The translations under genes were made by a program, and so were the position numbers. This document shows, piece after piece, positions 62,720 through 64,000 of a DNA stretch of 64,000 bases. The stretch covers positions 125,810-189,809 of the forward strand of contig OY282360.1 of NCBI GenBank assembly GCA_958295675.1, in the 5' to 3' direction. This DNA comes from Minisyncoccota bacterium (GTDB taxonomy: Bacteria; Patescibacteriota; Minisyncoccia; Phycocordibacterales; JABAAK01). Each line of letters begins with the position of its first letter. Positions within the stretch are counted from its first letter, which is position 1. The notes under the pieces are model-generated. The model was given only the letters and a program-made list of their open reading frames with translations. It made no database searches and was not told where the DNA came from.

Positions 62720-63616
62720 TTAAAAACTATCAATATTCAGTTCCATTTTATTTTTATATCCTATAGTATGCTTCCGCATTAACTCAATAAGCCGGTGACC
62801 ATTGATGAGTGTAATAAGATGTTCGTTTCCCAGATTCTCCGCTTTCTTGGAAAAATCGGAGGTGGTGATAAATACAGCCTTTTCCGCACTCTTAGCTTTG
62901 ATTGCACCGAGAAAGTCTCTAATAACCTTTTCTTGTATCTTATTATCCTTATTGAACCGTTTTGCCTCCATGACCACCTTAAACTTTACAAACTCGATTT
63001 CTATGTACCCTACACCATCCACCCCACCATCCCGGGTCTTTTGTGTTTCCTCCATTTTCCCTCCCATCGCCTTGAGTAGTTGGATGCATAACCTTTCAAA
63101 ATTAAGCGGTTCCATTTTCCTAATTTTCTCCAAATCACCCTCTATTCCGTCATCATCTTCAATGGTGATATCTTCTAAATCTGGAAGAGGTTGATTGTCT
63201 TTTTGTCTTGCCACCCTTTGCTCTTCAAGGTACTGATCGATTATCGGTGTCATCTCATCCCTAAGATTTTTCGCTTCAGTATATTTGCCATCTCCTTCTA
63301 GAAGTTTTACCACCTCCTCTCCTTTCTTTGAAAGGTACCAGTATCCTTTCTCCCTAAATTCTTTCGGTTCAATATGATTTGTTGTTCTCAGACGAGACAT
63401 GGTGAACCGAACCGCTTTTTCAAATACAAGGTCCTTGTTTTTACCAGACCTCTTTTCTAGCACTTCTTCTGTCAAACCCATCAGAGTACCGACCCTTGCA
63501 ATAACTTTGGTGCCATGAGCACCACCACCCTCCTTATGGAGTGCATATATTAGATAGGGATATATGGTTTCATATGACGGCATTTCATTTATATCCAAAT
63601 TGTTATCAAACAGCAT
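62720..63616 (-). CDS. mrr: Mrr-family (type IV) restriction endonuclease
   Basis: N-terminal wHTH with G.W.L; FE.L...LL, DGGVDG, EAKR, FITTS.F, LING..L. Confidence 0.9.
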   Translation of the reverse strand: MLFDNNLDINEMPSYETIYPYLIYALHKEGGGAHGTKVIARVGTLMGLTEEVLEKRSGKNKDLVFEKAVRFTMSRLRTTNHIEPKEFREKGYWYLSKKGEEVVKLLEGDGKYTEAKNLRDEMTPIIDQYLEEQRVARQKDNQPLPDLEDITIEDDDGIEGDLEKIRKMEPLNFERLCIQLLKAMGGKMEETQKTRDGGVDGVGYIEIEFVKFKVVMEAKRFNKDNKIQEKVIRDFLGAIKAKSAEKAVFITTSDFSKKAENLGNEHLITLINGHRLIELMRKHTIGYKNKMELNIDSF

Positions 63617-63806
63617 GATAATTGTAGTATATCAAAGAATGTAAAGGAAATCCATTCGTGAAAGCTCCTGTCGGAGAGATTTATGGTTGCGAAGCATAGG
63701 GGCGATAAACTGAATGGGAAAAACGATTGGCGATTGGACGTATGGCAATTTTTCCCGTTAATACTTAAAACTAAGATACACACTTGCTTTCGCTAATATC
63801 TTGTTC

Positions 63807-64000
63807 CTATTCTCGTTCTTTAAAGAAAGAGTGTAATTTGCGACAATTTCTTTTCAGTTCGTTACGGTTATTGAATTTCCCATCATGAAGAAATTGATTT
63901 GCAAAATTACCAAGTTGAAGAACTGTATTCTTACAAATGTTCACCGCTTTACGTTCTTCAATGAGCCAAAAGCCAACAACAAGAATAAGAGCTGCAACGA
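63807..64000 (-). CDS. 3' end of a membrane protein (5'-partial)
   Basis: Open frame from window edge VAALILVVGFWL...KERE*. Confidence 0.5.
   Translation of the reverse strand, partial: VAALILVVGFWLIEERKAVNICKNTVLQLGNFANQFLHDGKFNNRNELKRNCRKLHSFFKERE

Noticed and set aside
43776-64000. Single prophage or ICE integrated at tRNA-Met
   Set aside because: No integrase, phage or conjugation genes and no tRNA 3' duplication seen in the window; host-like genes are interspersed. The far boundary may lie outside the window.

Overview
The window looks like a Patescibacteria (CPR, Parcubacteria-like) chromosome using genetic code 11. This is inferred from the lack of rpmD in the spc cluster, no rplA after rplK, and a CPR-typical gene set. 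Positions 1-43.8 kb are mostly housekeeping: tuf, the S10/spc ribosomal cluster, secY-adk-map-ndk, infC-rpmI-rplT, Dsb/CcdA genes, secE-nusG-rplK, a LivKHMGF transporter, ABC-F, uppP, pilin-like genes, ligA, gatCA, tRNA-Thr and an initiator-type tRNA-Met. Many housekeeping genes appear leaderless. Among them sit self-contained orphan cassettes with a promoter, Shine-Dalgarno (SD) site and terminator; three share a CCCCACCGAA..TTCGGTGGGG hairpin, and three cassettes lie at two sites inside the ribosomal operon. From tRNA-Met to the end is an AT-rich defence mosaic. It holds a UvrD helicase, an R-M pair with an OLD/ABC-TOPRIM nuclease between the M and S genes, an MTase-HNH pair, a zeta toxin, a Panacea TA module, PD-(D/E)XK and GIY-YIG nucleases and Mrr. 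The most unusual signal is six intergenic 25-bp palindromes at gene boundaries in this mosaic. They covary, and all translate in one orientation to the variable motif of RhuM-family proteins, so they are candidate recombination or operator sites of an undescribed cassette system. All calls come from reading the sequence; no searches were run.
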